A stretch of 60,704 nt of DNA, the filler included, from Porpidia crustulata (Eukaryota): NCBI GenBank assembly GCA_964255105.1. It is 9 parts of 9 records of this genome, joined end to end, with 100 filler letters (N's around TTAATTAATTAA, not from the genome) between each part and the next. Parts side by side here need not be neighbours in the genome. Positions count along the whole stretch, not along the records: positions 1 to 6,671 come from CAXUWE010001482.1; positions 6,772 to 13,442 come from CAXUWE010001483.1; positions 13,543 to 20,212 come from CAXUWE010001484.1; 6 more parts are not named here. One strand, written 5' to 3'. The notes beneath the pieces are model-generated. The model was not told the origin of the DNA. It searched no databases and worked only from the letters and a program-made list of their open reading frames with translations. Position 1 is the first letter of the stretch. Each line of letters starts with the position of its first letter. This document shows positions 1 to 14,008 of the stretch, in pieces. Both the position numbers and the translations under genes were made by a program.

Positions 1-3000
1 GCTCGGGGATGAGGTAGGCGGAGGGGGTCCAAGCTTGCTGGGAGCCGTCGAGTTTTTCGCCGAGCCACCAACCTGCGGTTGTGAGCGTTAGTTGATATGT
101 GCGTGGGAAAAGTGGGAAGGTGCGGTGGGGAACGAGGTGAAAATTACCATTATCTGCTTTCCGAATGATCTTGATGACCTCATCTTTGGCCAGGGTCAAT
201 TCGTTTGCAGTTTGACCGGGAAAGTCGTATATAGCTCTGTAGGTGTCTTTCGGTTTCAAAGGCGCGGAAGGAGGCGGTGGAGGAGGAGGTGCTCGAGTGA
301 TTGATGACGCTGAATCAGTCCTACCATGACTTGCGCCATTCACCATTGCGGTTGGCTGAGGCACAGGTCTTGGTTGCGCAGGTACTGGGCGAGGCTGTGT
401 GGCGGCTGGCTGAGGCGGTAATCGTGACTGTGATGAATGTGAGACGGATTGCGGAAGTTGAGGTATTGGCCGAGACTGGGAGGCGTTCGAGTGCTGGCCT
501 GGTAGAGCTCGTGCCTGAGGCGCAGAATGTGAGACCGCTGGGCGTGCTGCAAGTTTTGACGGTCCACCACCTGGACCTCCTGGACGTAATAATTTGCCTT
601 GTGTTATGGGCTTACCCACTTTGGGTTTACCCTTGGGAGTTGGTCGTGATACAGAATTTGGCGATTCACCTTGGCCAGTGTGGATGGTTCCACTTTTATA
701 AATATCATCCCTAGGCACAGCGTTGTCTTTTACTACTTTGATTGTCGCGGGTTTACCGGGCTTTTTGTTATATTCAATCCTGTCTGAAGTGAGCTAGGCG
801 ACGTGAAAAGAGGTAATGAGAGACCTACGATTCAGCAATCTTGAGGTTCAGTCCACCAGGCATAGCCATCTTTAAGTGGGTGAAGAACTCCGTCTTAAAT
901 ACACAGTTGAGCAAGGGATCAGCCTCTTGTGGTGAGCCCACTCCAAGAGAGAACCAATCATCCTTGAGTGTCGAGGTTCCGACATACTTGATGGCACCGA
1001 GTGATATCGTCCGTTCTGATGAGATCGATAGCTGACCGTTTGCTACAGTGTACAGAATAATGTATACAGCCTTACTTGTCTTGAAAACATTAGTACAACT
1101 CTGAGGTCATTAGAAGAAGGATCAAGGCATACGAGAACCAGTACCCTAGGGCTAGGCTTGCTAGATCTACCAAATTTCGTTACCAGAATTTCGCATCGGC
1201 ACGAGAACAGAACACGCTCGTTACCTAGGAAAATGTAAGTTGCATCAGACAATCAAATGTTTTGCTAGTGACTTACTACTGAGATTAATCGACCTCCTAA
1301 TGACATCACCAGGACCTCCATTGTTCCCAATGCCAAGATAATCTCCCAGAAATCTTCTTGAACCTACCAGACTGTACCGTCTTCTCTCCTTTCGGCCTTG
1401 AAGGACTCTATGACCAGCATCTCGCAGCTGCTGGTACTCGCCGCCACCATTAATCTTTCGCCAGAATCGTTGAATGCGAGTGGCACATTCAATGCGATAC
1501 CTTAGATAATTTCTCCAGGCTCGTTGAATCCTTACAGCCATATTATGCCAATAACGATCTCGCATGTGTTCCAAAGCGAAAAGGGTTTCTGGAGTTTTGA
1601 TAAAGGCTTTGGTCACACCCATCTGGTATTCTTCCATGGGGATACTAGTGTCTTTTAGAATCTGTTTCGTATCTTGCAACGCATTACCAGTACCGGTATA
1701 TTCGCCGGCATATGAGGTTTTAGGTGAGAGTAGATAGAATCGCTCTACGAATTTATCAAATGTCTGCCGGTACGCAAATCCTGCTCGTCGTATTCGTACG
1801 TTCTCTTGGAGACCGAGGTATTTGATCTGGTGCATAACGTTCCCTATATTGTATTCTGAAGGCGATTTATTGTCGTTCGGTTTGATAGTCCTAATATATG
1901 ACGGTGAGGCCTTCATCAGCGTTGCGACCAATTCATTCGCAGAAAACTTGATTTTATCTCCTGCTGTTGGCGGTCGGCGTTTGTCGTCTTGATTAACTTC
2001 ATGAGGGAAAATTGCGTGGACGAAGCTATTCGAGCTTTCGCCTACCAGGTTGAGTATATCCTTCAACAATTCATCTTTGTTCTTATCGGTCATGCCTTCA
2101 ATTGCATAGCTGACGTCGCCTGCATAATGCTTGACGATAAATTGGCCTTGGCGTGGTTGGAAATGTGGATTCGATGATAAAGCGTTGAGCCTCTGGACAA
2201 AGGTCTGGTCTGCAGCCTCTGGATCGGCATGGGCGGTTGCACAAGCGTCGTTGAGAGCTGCAAACACGCCCGGAGGCCGTTTCTCTTCTATCAGCTCGCA
2301 TACAACTTTGTTATCAAAGTAATTAATCGGAGTCCACTGAATTTGCTCCCTTGCATATTCTTCTTGTTCCGTCTTTAACGTGAGTTGAATGAAGATTTGT
2401 TGCAATTTCTCGTTGACATAGTTGATGCAAAGCTGCTCGAAGCTGTTCTTTTCGAAGATCTCGAACCCATAGATGTCTAAAATCCCCACAGAGTTCGCAA
2501 CCGTTCCTCGAGCTTTCAACGATGCATTTACCCTCTCGACAATCCAGTCGAAGAGATTGAAATAGATAGCCTTTGCCAAGGCGTCTCGCACAGCCATAGC
2601 TTTCGACGGAACGAGAGGACTCTCGTAGACAGATCCCCGTCGACCCCCCCTACTTGTCTGGATGATTCTTATAGTGAGTGCCTTGTTCACGTGCGCAGAG
2701 TCCACTTCAAGCAAGTAGGCAACGAAGTCGACTACAGACTGGTCCCGAATGACTGAATTGCCATCATTATCCTCGTCAAAGGTAACATTTCCCAACCATA
2801 AAATCGTCGACAGCATCCGGAAAATTTCGTCCTGTTCGCTCTGTGATAGTCCAATTATCTTCATCGCATTAAGGGTATCTTTAAAATCTGCGCCATCATC
2901 AATACCCGGTACATCGAAACACTTTGACCGACTCGTATAGGAATATGACTGCGGCTGTTGTACACCAAATATTTCTGTAAAGCCCATTAGCACCGTTTTA

Positions 3001-3943
3001 TCCTATCAATTAGGATTACTTACCCCTATGATTCGATGACGCTGCCTTTGTAAATTGATAGAAAATATGGAAGTTTCGTTCATTCATGATCTGCCCAACA
3101 ACTCTCGACTTCTCCAGCAGATAATTTGTGATATTCGCTCCAACCGGCTCTCCTTGAGCATTGAATTGTAATTCTAGATATTTACCAAATCTCGAGGAAT
3201 TGTTGTTTCTAAGAGTCTTCGCGTTCCCGAATGATTCTAGCAAAGGATTGGTTGCTAGCACCATGTCTTTGGTTTGCTGGATAGACGAGTCGCTTCCTCC
3301 GGACACGTTAGCAATGTATTGCATTAACCGTTTCGCTGCCTCCGTCTTCCCTGCTCCAGATTCCCCTGATATTATGACACATTGATTATCCTTGTATGCT
3401 TTCATGTTGTAGTAGGCGGATTCAGCGACGGCAAAGACATGTGGAGGCACTTCAAGACGGTTCTTTCCTCGATACGAATCCAGCACTTGGTCCGTATATA
3501 TACCCACTGCTTGTCATCAGTTTCACCCAAAATTGTACATTCCTTCTTGATGGCACTCACGGTCTCGAAACGGGTTGACAGACACCAATACGTGGCCAAT
3601 ATATGTCTGCTTGCTATCAGCACCTCCCATTCCCACGTACAGCCATAGAGGCACTCTTGCTTACGTAGATTTCGGCATTCTCGAACCGAATCTTTAGGTT
3701 GTCATTGATTGCCTCGTTCGAGATCTTACTGATCAATGTAAGATCCGAAACGCCCACTTCCTTCTTTTTGCTACTTTCGAAAACGGCTTTTTTGACCTGG
3801 GGTTGCCCCCCCCTTCTGCCACCGCCAGAAGCCACTTGGGTACTCCCAGCATCTTTTGTACGCCCCGCTCGCTTTGTGATAGCCTACGCAACACCGGTCA
3901 GCCAAAATCCCTCAACATACTTATTCAGTCAATGGTATACCAT
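1..3943 (-). CDS. MYO1: Class I myosin (multi-exon; 3' end runs off the window within the SH3 domain)
   Basis: P-loop [29 protein letters not shown], switch II DIYGFE, IQ motifs (RIQRAWR, RIQRFWR), TH1 and Pro-rich tail, SH3 fragment [21 protein letters not shown] at 1-70. Lone ATG exon at 3943-3941 followed by a GT...TAG intron. Confidence 0.95.
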
Positions 3944-4637
3944 AATGAAGCTCCAAATTATGTCCTAATTGTATGCGCTGATGCAGATTGAAGGCTCAAT
4001 GGCAGTATCTCTTATACCTGGACTCTACGGTGATCTGGAGGGAATTGTATGGTGGCATGTAGAATGAGTCTCGGAAGTCTCGTATGTTGTTTGAGTCAGA
4101 TAGCACTCCTGGCGCCTGAAGCAATGACGTTAGTTGTCGTGCACAATCACCAATTGTTTAGCTGATGAGGCTGAGGCGTAAGCATGGCTCGTCAGCCCTG
4201 CGCCGCCACAACGCTCCCTGCTCCTTGCCAACTACTCTTTTTGCGTGAAAATACTACGTATGCGTCGTGTGGCCGTTCAACAGCATCCTTCAACGACGGT
4301 CTTTTCATTTCGTCGATCTGCAAATAAACATTCTTGTGGTGGCCAATCAAGACGACTAGGGATATGTTGGACCATAGTCGCGTTTTGGAAACACATGCTT
4401 CTAATTCTTTAATCCCGTCTTATAAAATGTGCTACTAACTTATCTCACGATATTCTCAACCTTGCGTCTACGGAATTCTTTAAACAAAACATATCGTTAG
4501 TAAAAGGATCTTGAGTATTAAATGAGTTTTGTCTGTTTTGAAAAGTTGTGATTGAATCACTGGAAACAACCAAGAAGCGATTAAGTTGCAATCTATCTGA
4601 TATTAAATATATGTATACATCCTTCTTTCATCTATTA

Positions 4638-6487
4638 TCATTTTTTCTCCTCGTCAGTATTTGTGATGGCCTGGATTCCTTGTTCCGTCTCCAGTGGTGT
4701 ATTCAAATCTAATTCTTTGGTCATTAAGCTCAACACTAACCCCAATGCGCTCAACCCACACATTGTTATCCAGACAATCTTCAAAGAATCAGCATAACTT
4801 TGCTGAAGTTGTAGCTTCATCACACCGTCCTGCATCCCCTTGATGATCTGGACTAAGCTCGTCGCGTCTCTGGAGTACTGATCTGCTTTGGAGGCGAGGC
4901 CAGGATAAGCCAGAAGTTTGATTTTCATTTGGTTCTGAAAGATCGTCCCACCAATGGCGACACCGACTGCTTGGCCGAAAGCGCGGAAGAAGGCAAACAT
5001 GGCAATGGCAAACGCAAGATTTGCGTTCGTTGAGGAAGCCTGGATGGCGAAGGCCATACTTGGGAAGAGCATCCCTAAGCCTAGACCGCTGACGAGAGTG
5101 AGGAACACCCACGCTACCGTCGATGTGTGCACGTCCATCAGATAGAGCAGGCCAGTGCCTAGAGTTGTAAGAACCCAGCCTGCCCATATTGCCCATCTGT
5201 ATCGCCCTGTCTTGGTGATGAGAATGCCGACTATTACAGCTGCCGGCGCAACGGTAAACGTCTCGGGGAAAACACTGATGCCCGATAATGTGGGTGTTTG
5301 GCCCTTGACGGCTTCGAAGTAAAGAGGTAGGTAGTAGAGAAGCGACCAGAGGATCATTCCTTGAAGGAAAGTACCCACGTAAGTCACAGCGGCCGTCCGG
5401 TTTTTGAACACTACCATTCTGATCAAAGGTTCCGCCGCTAGGTATTCCTCATAAAATACGAAACCTGTGAGGCCGAAAGCGCCGAGTATCAGAGGAACAA
5501 GGGTCCGCCATGAACTCCAGGCGTACGTTACTCCACCCTAGAGAGGATTAGTACCGGCGAATTTCTTGCCTTTCTACAGGACATACCCAAGTGATTGGAA
5601 TCAATAAGCTCGTCGACGAGGCGATGAAGAGAACTGAACCAATCCAATCGATACGCCTAAGCTGCAACATCCAGTGGCTTGACTGGAAGTTCAACTTGAG
5701 GAACAGGGGGATGAAAACGAAGGCGACGCCGATGAATGGTAAATTTATCCAGAAAAGCCATCTCTGTCTATTGTCAGCATGCTATCAGTAAACATTTGAG
5801 TTGGAAGCAACACACCCAAGAAACATTCTGCGCAAAGGCTCCTCCAACAATCGGACCAGTGACCGACCCAATCGACCACATCCCACTAATGATGCCAAAG
5901 TACTGTCCCCGCAGCCTCAAAGGAACCAGATCCGTCACAATGATTTCCGTTAGTACAATCAAACCACCACCACCAATACCCTGCAGAGACCGCCCAACGA
6001 GCAGCGCAGCAAAGTCCTTTGCCACTGCCGCCACGATCGCTCCCACCAAGAAGAAGGCAAGAGCAACGAGCAGCACCGGCTTCCGGCCAAAGATGTGGGA
6101 GAAGGAGGCAAAACTCGGTTGGAAAATCGTCGAACAGAGGAGGAAGGAGGTGCCGGACCAAAAGGCCTCGATCGCCGTGCCTTTGAGTTTGTCCGCGATA
6201 ATCTACATTTCATCTTCCGTCAGATTCCGAAACATAGTATTATGAAGAGATTTCGGGGAACCTACAGGCAGTGCCACGGAAATAGACGTCCCATCCAGCG
6301 CCACCATCAACGTAATCACCGCCAGCGTGAGGAATGCGAGCCACACCCGTGCCGAAGGCTTGAACTCGACGGGTTTCGCGCGCTCGTCGATCGACAACGG
6401 CGTCTCCGAGCCATTACCTCTTTCCCCGTCCATGGACGTCGGAGGGGAAACAGATACCCCCGAGGCATTATTGGTCTCCATTGCCAT
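4638..6487 (-). CDS. MFS transporter, DHA2 (14-TM) drug:H+ antiporter type
   Basis: LMVALDGTSISVALP, motif GRSLQGIGGGG, TDLVPLRLRG, GPIVGGAF, FFRAFGQAVGVAIGG; several short GT-AG introns join the ORF pieces. Confidence 0.9.
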
Positions 6488-6671
6488 TCTATTATTCTTT
6501 ATAAGTTATGAAAGAATCGTACAACGCAGCAACGACCTCGCCTTAATATCAAAAATATCGAAAATCCTCAAGACTCTACAATATCTTCCCAGTGCAGCAA
6601 CGCTATACCAAACCAAAACCAAAGCCCTCAACCCAATATATATAATTCCCCCTCATCCTATCCCATTCCCA

Positions 6672-6771
6672 NNNNNNNNNNNNNNNNNNNNNNNNNNNNN
6701 NNNNNNNNNNNNNNNTTAATTAATTAANNNNNNNNNNNNNNNNNNNNNNNNNNNNNNNNNNNNNNNNNNNN
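6672..6771. other. Artificial contig linker N44-TTAATTAATTAA-N44
   Basis: 100-nt spacer with a palindromic stop-codon core, identical at eight places. Confidence 0.98.
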
Positions 6772-7557
6772 GTGGGGCGCTTCGGGGGTTTGGAGGGCTG
6801 GGATTTGCGGGGTTTGCTGCTGGAGGAACCCATGGTGGAGTGTTTGTCTTTTTTTAAAATTGAGGTTAGGTTTAATGTGTGTATTTCAATGATCGACGCT
6901 GAAAGTATGGGGTTTGTTTTTTCTGTTTGAGAGATCTTGGAGAATTTTCGAGAAGGGATGATTGGTATTATAGTTTCCATGTCGTCGTCGAGGTATGGCA
7001 TTGTAGGGAGTAGGACAAAGGCTGAACACAAGGGGGTTTGTAGGAGCATAAAGGAAATTCTCGTAGCTGTGCCGAAGGGGATTTGGATGAATGGCGAGAA
7101 ATAAAAGTAGCGAATACACAAAGAAGAGCACAAAGAAAGATGACAATTGATTTGAGGCCATGTATTGAACAATAGAAGCCCGAATCGATTTGGCAGAATC
7201 TCATTCCCGAAACGCAATCCTCGACAAATAGGTGCAGACCGGTCTTGAAATGGAGCCTGGTCTCACATATCTGGGGTTCCAGCCCTGGGTCGAATATTGC
7301 CAGTAATCTAAGGGTATGGATACAGTGGAATTCAGGAAAGGTATTGCATTGTCTTCCCCAGAAAAAGGGGATTGTTCAGCGCGCAGCGAAGAACAATCCC
7401 GCTGGTAATATTTAGAAACAGTCTCGTGGAGTCACAAACTCGGTACGCACCAAAACTCATGAAGAAAAAGCCTTGACTCACCATACTCTGACCACAATTC
7501 CCGCGCCCTCACGCAAAAACAACAAGCCAACCGAGACTACCTCCATTTTCTCACAAC

Positions 7558-8306
7558 ATGGCTTCACCAATCTCATCGTACTCCTCCGACGAGAGTTCAG
7601 TCTGGTGTTTCGGCAAGCCTTTATCTAGGCTAAGCTCACCTACGCCAAGCTGTGACAAATCGCTGAGCGCAGCTTTGGAAGAAGGCTACATCGTCCAACC
7701 CGCCCAAAAACCTCATTACAAAAAACTTACAGGCTTGGATAATGCGATCTTTGAAAGAACTTTCGCCCTCCAACCTGCCAAGCATGGCCATACTGTTCAT
7801 GAGACCAGGCTAATGATCAAGAATCTCCCGAGTTCAGCGACGTACAGGGCATCGAAGCTACCTTTGCTGACTATGGCCTCGTCGTTCGCGTCCGTATTTT
7901 GGAGAACGGAGCCACTGGAAAGCCCACAGGTTCCGCAATCGTCCAATATCAAGGCTATGTCCACGGGATGGGAATCGACAGTTGGACAAACCTTCGCTAC
8001 GGAGATATTCCGTTGGACGTACGGTTCCTGGAGCCACAGGATCTGCGATCATCGTCGTCGGTAGTGATTCATGCTGTGGATGGCTCCCCGGACGAGGACG
8101 ATCCGTCAATCTTCCCAACAGATGACATACTCAAGATGCTCAAATTATTTGGCCCTATCATCAATTTTAGCTCCTACACATCCGATAAGAGTAGGCCATA
8201 TATCACCTACGAAGACGAAGGAGACGCGGCTGAGGCGATTCAAATAATCAATAGTCTGGTTGTGGGAAAGCTTCGATCAGCTTGGGCTTACATGGCGGAC
8301 TTTTAG
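7558..8306 (+). pseudogene. Intronless two-RRM protein gene with a 1-nt frameshift at ~7842 (pseudogene or sequencing error)
   Basis: RNP2-like LMIKNLPSSAT in the ORF at 7558 continues in another frame as VQGIEATFADYGLVVRVRILENGATGKPTGSAIVQY (RNP1-like); a second degenerate RRM follows (LFGPIINF...PYITYEDEGDAAEAI). Confidence 0.65.
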
Positions 8307-9221
8307 CCTGCTTATGTTGTAGGCTCTGTTTGTTTATAGAGTAAAGATGTTGGTTTGCTCTGGGAAAGCACATGGACGAAGCTTATTGCCTTATTTGAGA
8401 ATGTTATGACTTATCTGACCATTTGCTCAAAAAAACCTGTAATGATAGTACTGTATGAAGTCAATTGATCTGCTTCAACTTTCTTCTCCTGTAAGATGAA
8501 CGAAAGGCTGCTGCGTGTCTCGTCAATGACTGTGCAACAAATGAAGATTGATCAATCCAAGCAAGGTAAGACTGCGCCGTAGCCGCTCTACATTCATTAT
8601 CGGAGTTCAATCATTGCGAGTTCCAAGAGTAGTCAAGGATGGGGATGACAGCTTTCACAGTATTTTCTGAATCGTCTCCGCCGGATAGTCAAATTTGATG
8701 ATGTTGAATCGGATTTGGCCTCTGAATCTTGTTAATTACCTGTAAGATGGGCTTTGTCCGGGGTTTTTTGGTGTACTGAGAATGGGATCGCTGAGATTAT
8801 CTGAGCATACCGTGGTAGCGAACGAAGGTGAATTTCTCGCGTGCAGTCGAAGACGTGAACGCGTGGACTTCGGCTAGTAAGATAACTTGAGCAATTCTCT
8901 AAGGCACTTAGGTCCCTTTGAGTTTGTGCTCGGTGGAGATTATAGAAATCCGTTCACAGTTGATCCAGCGACCAAAGCAAAAACGGGCAGGTATTTTAAC
9001 CGAGAATTAAGGAGATACCGAGATTTCAAGAAAAGGTCGAATTTGACGCGCAGCTGATCACAAAACTGTGCAATTAGGCTTCCAATTCGCAGAGGGTGTG
9101 CGGTGGGTCAGGGGATGCGTGGGGTTGACTAATTCAACGCCGGGTAAATACATGTGCAAAGAATTTACAAACCCACGTCTCCCACCTTCTAACCGTCATT
9201 TAGGGTCAAGAAATGTAATAT

Positions 9222-10418
9222 CTAGCGTCTCGGACTGGGCCCTCCCATTGGAGGGTTGTAGACAATCTTTCTCGTCTTGACAGGCGACCACTTGTATCGT
9301 TTGACCCAGATACTCAGCGCGAGCAAGACACTCGTAACTACAATAGTTGCCAGACCCATCTTTTTTCTTTGGTCCATTTCCGGCTCAGCGGACCAATTGA
9401 GAAATTCCACAACATCTTTGGCCATTTGCGAGGTTGTTGCAGGCGTTCCATCTTCGTACTCGACCAGGCCATCGTAAAGCACACGAGCCATGGCAATACC
9501 TGATCCATCTTATTAGTACCAATCGACAACTTACTAGTTGCGGACATACCAGTTCCTGGAAAGTATGGGTTGAAATTTAGACCAGCAGGTACGACAGCCC
9601 CGGGTGGATTCTCCTCAGGGTAGCCGGTCAATAGCGAGAAAATGTAGTTGCATCCACCATGTCTAGCCTTCACCATCAAGCTGAGGTCTGGAGGAAGAGC
9701 GCCATTATTGGCGGCCCTTGCAGCCTCGTCGTTCTTGTAGGGGTTTGGAATGTAATCCGACAGTTTTCCAGGTCGCTTTTCAATCTCGCCTTCGTCGTTT
9801 GGCTCGCTGTCATACTCGATCTCCTCGGCGATTACCTTCATTTCATCAACAGTATGGGAACTACCAACGAGCTTTCGCCATGGTATACGGGATAGAGAGT
9901 GGCAAGATGAACAGACTTCGCGATAAACCTGGAAGCCACGCCGTAAACTGCTGAGAGTGAGTGAATTTTCTAGAAACGAGGGATAGAGACTCTTACGCTT
10001 GATGATCGAATGTCTTGGTGTACTTCTCATGTTCCCACGGGTACTTTGTCGCATGTAAACTAGCAGTGCAGACCTATCAATGTATCTCCATGCAAGCTGG
10101 AGGAGATAAGCGAACCCTTCTTCCACCGGTGTCATGGCATAGATATTCCGACCGAACATGTGGTAGTACCAAGCAACGGAGCCCACAGCGGCAACGGTAG
10201 CAGCACAGCCAGCCGCGGTCAGTCGTGTAGGAGATCCAGTGGCATCTACTGAGGCACCAGATGACGCAGAGGCGGTAGATCGCTAGACATTGAATGAGTA
10301 TCGAGTCTATTACATAGAGTATCCAGTCTGCCGGGCAGAATACCTTTGCCGTTCGCCCTACGGTGCTGCGGGCTTGACCAGCCGTACGCGCACTCCGCAA
10401 AACTGACCTTGCCAGCAT
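9222..10418 (-). CDS. CYT1: Cytochrome c1, heme protein of complex III (multi-exon)
   Basis: Arg-rich presequence, LRRGFQVYREVCSSCHSL (CxxCH), ANNGALPPDLSL, FNPYFPG, MARVLYDG, C-terminal TM and KRYKWSPVKTRKI; four introns. Confidence 0.97.
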
Positions 10419-10769
10419 GTTGGCTACAGATCCAGTACACAGTCGGGGCGAGGCGTTAATGGAATGTCGGTGTTGTGCGATTGATCGTGGGCAAAAGAAA
10501 AGAAAGGGCGCATGGAAGTGATGATTTGACGAAGTCGAATGAGGCTCTAGTTTCCACCATTTGATTGGCGGAGGATATGTGTCAGCAAGACTGGCCGCAT
10601 ATGGTTAAAGCAAGCGATAGTAGTACGGAGCTTGGCTTACTTCGGGATGCTTCGGTTTGGACTTGGGGATTCTTTTGCGATGCACCGAAATTTGCTAGAG
10701 CAGAGCTCATACCTAAATCAATAAAGATAACGGAAATAGGATACTAGTAAGTCAGCGACTAGGGCCGCT

Positions 10770-12116
<1,347 letters not shown>

Positions 12117-13442
12117 ACCCTTCTGACCTTTGCATGACGTTACTGGCTTGAGATCATGGCTTATAACTTCTTACCAAGTCCTTGATGGCCGAATCGATTT
12201 GCCGGCTAGATCATTGGATTGCTGAGCAATAGAGTCGACTTAAAACATCAGAACTTCTCTCAATTCTTATATATCCCACCTGGCCGAGGTTTCCATCAAC
12301 TCTCAAGAGTTTTGTATATTGCGACTCCAACTTCTATGTACAATAATCGTATGGCGAATAATGAGGATCGAGAAATGGAAGGATTCTGAGTAGGAAACCA
12401 GCACAGCCTCTGATAAACCAGAGTCTAGGTATCTAGAAAGAACATTAGGTTTCCACACTCCGGGATGCGTGACTCGCTCCTGATGGTAAAGAGATGGTCG
12501 AACTCCAAAAGGCCGAATGAGCATGAAAAGCGTTCGTTCAATTCTGGGACAAGGTAAAAGATAGAGCCATCCTTGCAGTATTAGAAAAGCATCATACCCA
12601 AGTTAGGCGACCTGTTCTCTCCCTTTATCTTGCCTTAACATTTTGTACGTTTCCCCTCTCATTTTCGAGCTATAAGCCATTTGCCAAACCGCTGTCCAGC
12701 CCTTGACGCAAACTTGGTGGCAGCTCATGTACAGAATGGGGCAAAGGAGAAAGGTCTTGAGAAAATACCTAAATAAGATTCCAATGGTGTCAGAAAATGG
12801 CAATCTCATCTCCCTCGGCGGCAGCGATGGCTCAGGCTGTTATCTAGCAAACCGTCCTTATCATAGGATCTCCTCCCCTACCAAGGGCAAATTATAAAGA
12901 AGGCAAAGGGAGTCTGCATAGGAATTTGCGTGTTCCATAAGACTGATCAGCCATAACCCGCATTATCAGAGATTTCAGCTAACCATTCCACTCATCAGCA
13001 TCTCAAAAGCTGGCAAGTCCACATTAAAGGGGAGCCGCATCGCTAGCAATCAGTCTCCATCCACACAGTCGTGATTTGAAGTCATCTGGCACGCTTGATT
13101 TGCCTGAGTCTTTCTTGATCTTGATATCACCTTCGACTGTTTCTAAATCTTCATCTTTTTCCACTTCTGCCCTCAATGCTTCATTATGGAGCTTATTCAA
13201 GGCAATAGTCACATCGGCGTATGAGTCGTATATTCTACAACCACACAAAATCGTAACCCTTCTTCCTTTCTACCCTCTACGTGGTTCATTCTCATCGGCC
13301 TCTCTCCAATAGCACCAACACCGCTAAAGCGAAAACACTGACGTCCACCAAGTCCCTCAAACTCTACTACCACCGCACATCACATCCATCCTCCTTCACA
13401 CCATCCAAAAACCACAACCGCCCAAAAACCCACCCACCATGG

Positions 13443-13542
13443 NNNNNNNNNNNNNNNNNNNNNNNNNNNNNNNNNNNNNNNNNNNNTTAATTAATTAANN
13501 NNNNNNNNNNNNNNNNNNNNNNNNNNNNNNNNNNNNNNNNNN
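13443..13542. other. Artificial contig linker
   Basis: N44-TTAATTAATTAA-N44. Confidence 0.98.
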
Positions 13543-14008
13543 TCGGGTATAGCCAAAAGCCACCTACTAACAATTATTCCCCCGGATACCGTAGTACATA
13601 GTTTAAATAACATTCTATCACAATACTATCACCTATAACAATAAGTTAAAACTAGATAGATACTTCTGCAGGCGTGATTACCCTATTCTAGGCCTAACCT
13701 TAACCCTGCTGAGATACTTCTAAGATTATGGAGAACATACTACGCCCGGGCCCTGCGGAGACCATTTGACTGTCACCGCCTGAGTTGCACATACCGCCAT
13801 CTTCGTAACCGAGCCCCTTGTCTTTGGGAAGGGGAGACAAGGAGATATCGGCTTGATCCGGATTTGGGGCCTGGTCAGGGGACGTGGAATGGGTGTATAC
13901 GTCGAGAGAGTATCATGGTCAGCCAATACGCCAGTCTAGAATTAATCATTGAGTAGAGGTCTAGATTAGATTACCTATGAGAGAAATGTTCCTCGGTCTA
14001 CGGCGTAC

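Noticed and set aside
6772..7217. Minus-strand ORF ending in MGSSSSKPRK (myristoylation-like start at 6833)
   Set aside because: Only ~20 codons remain before the contig break; too little to assign.
13024..13442. Short acidic minus-strand ORF at the contig end
   Set aside because: No recognisable domain, and upstream frames contain stops.
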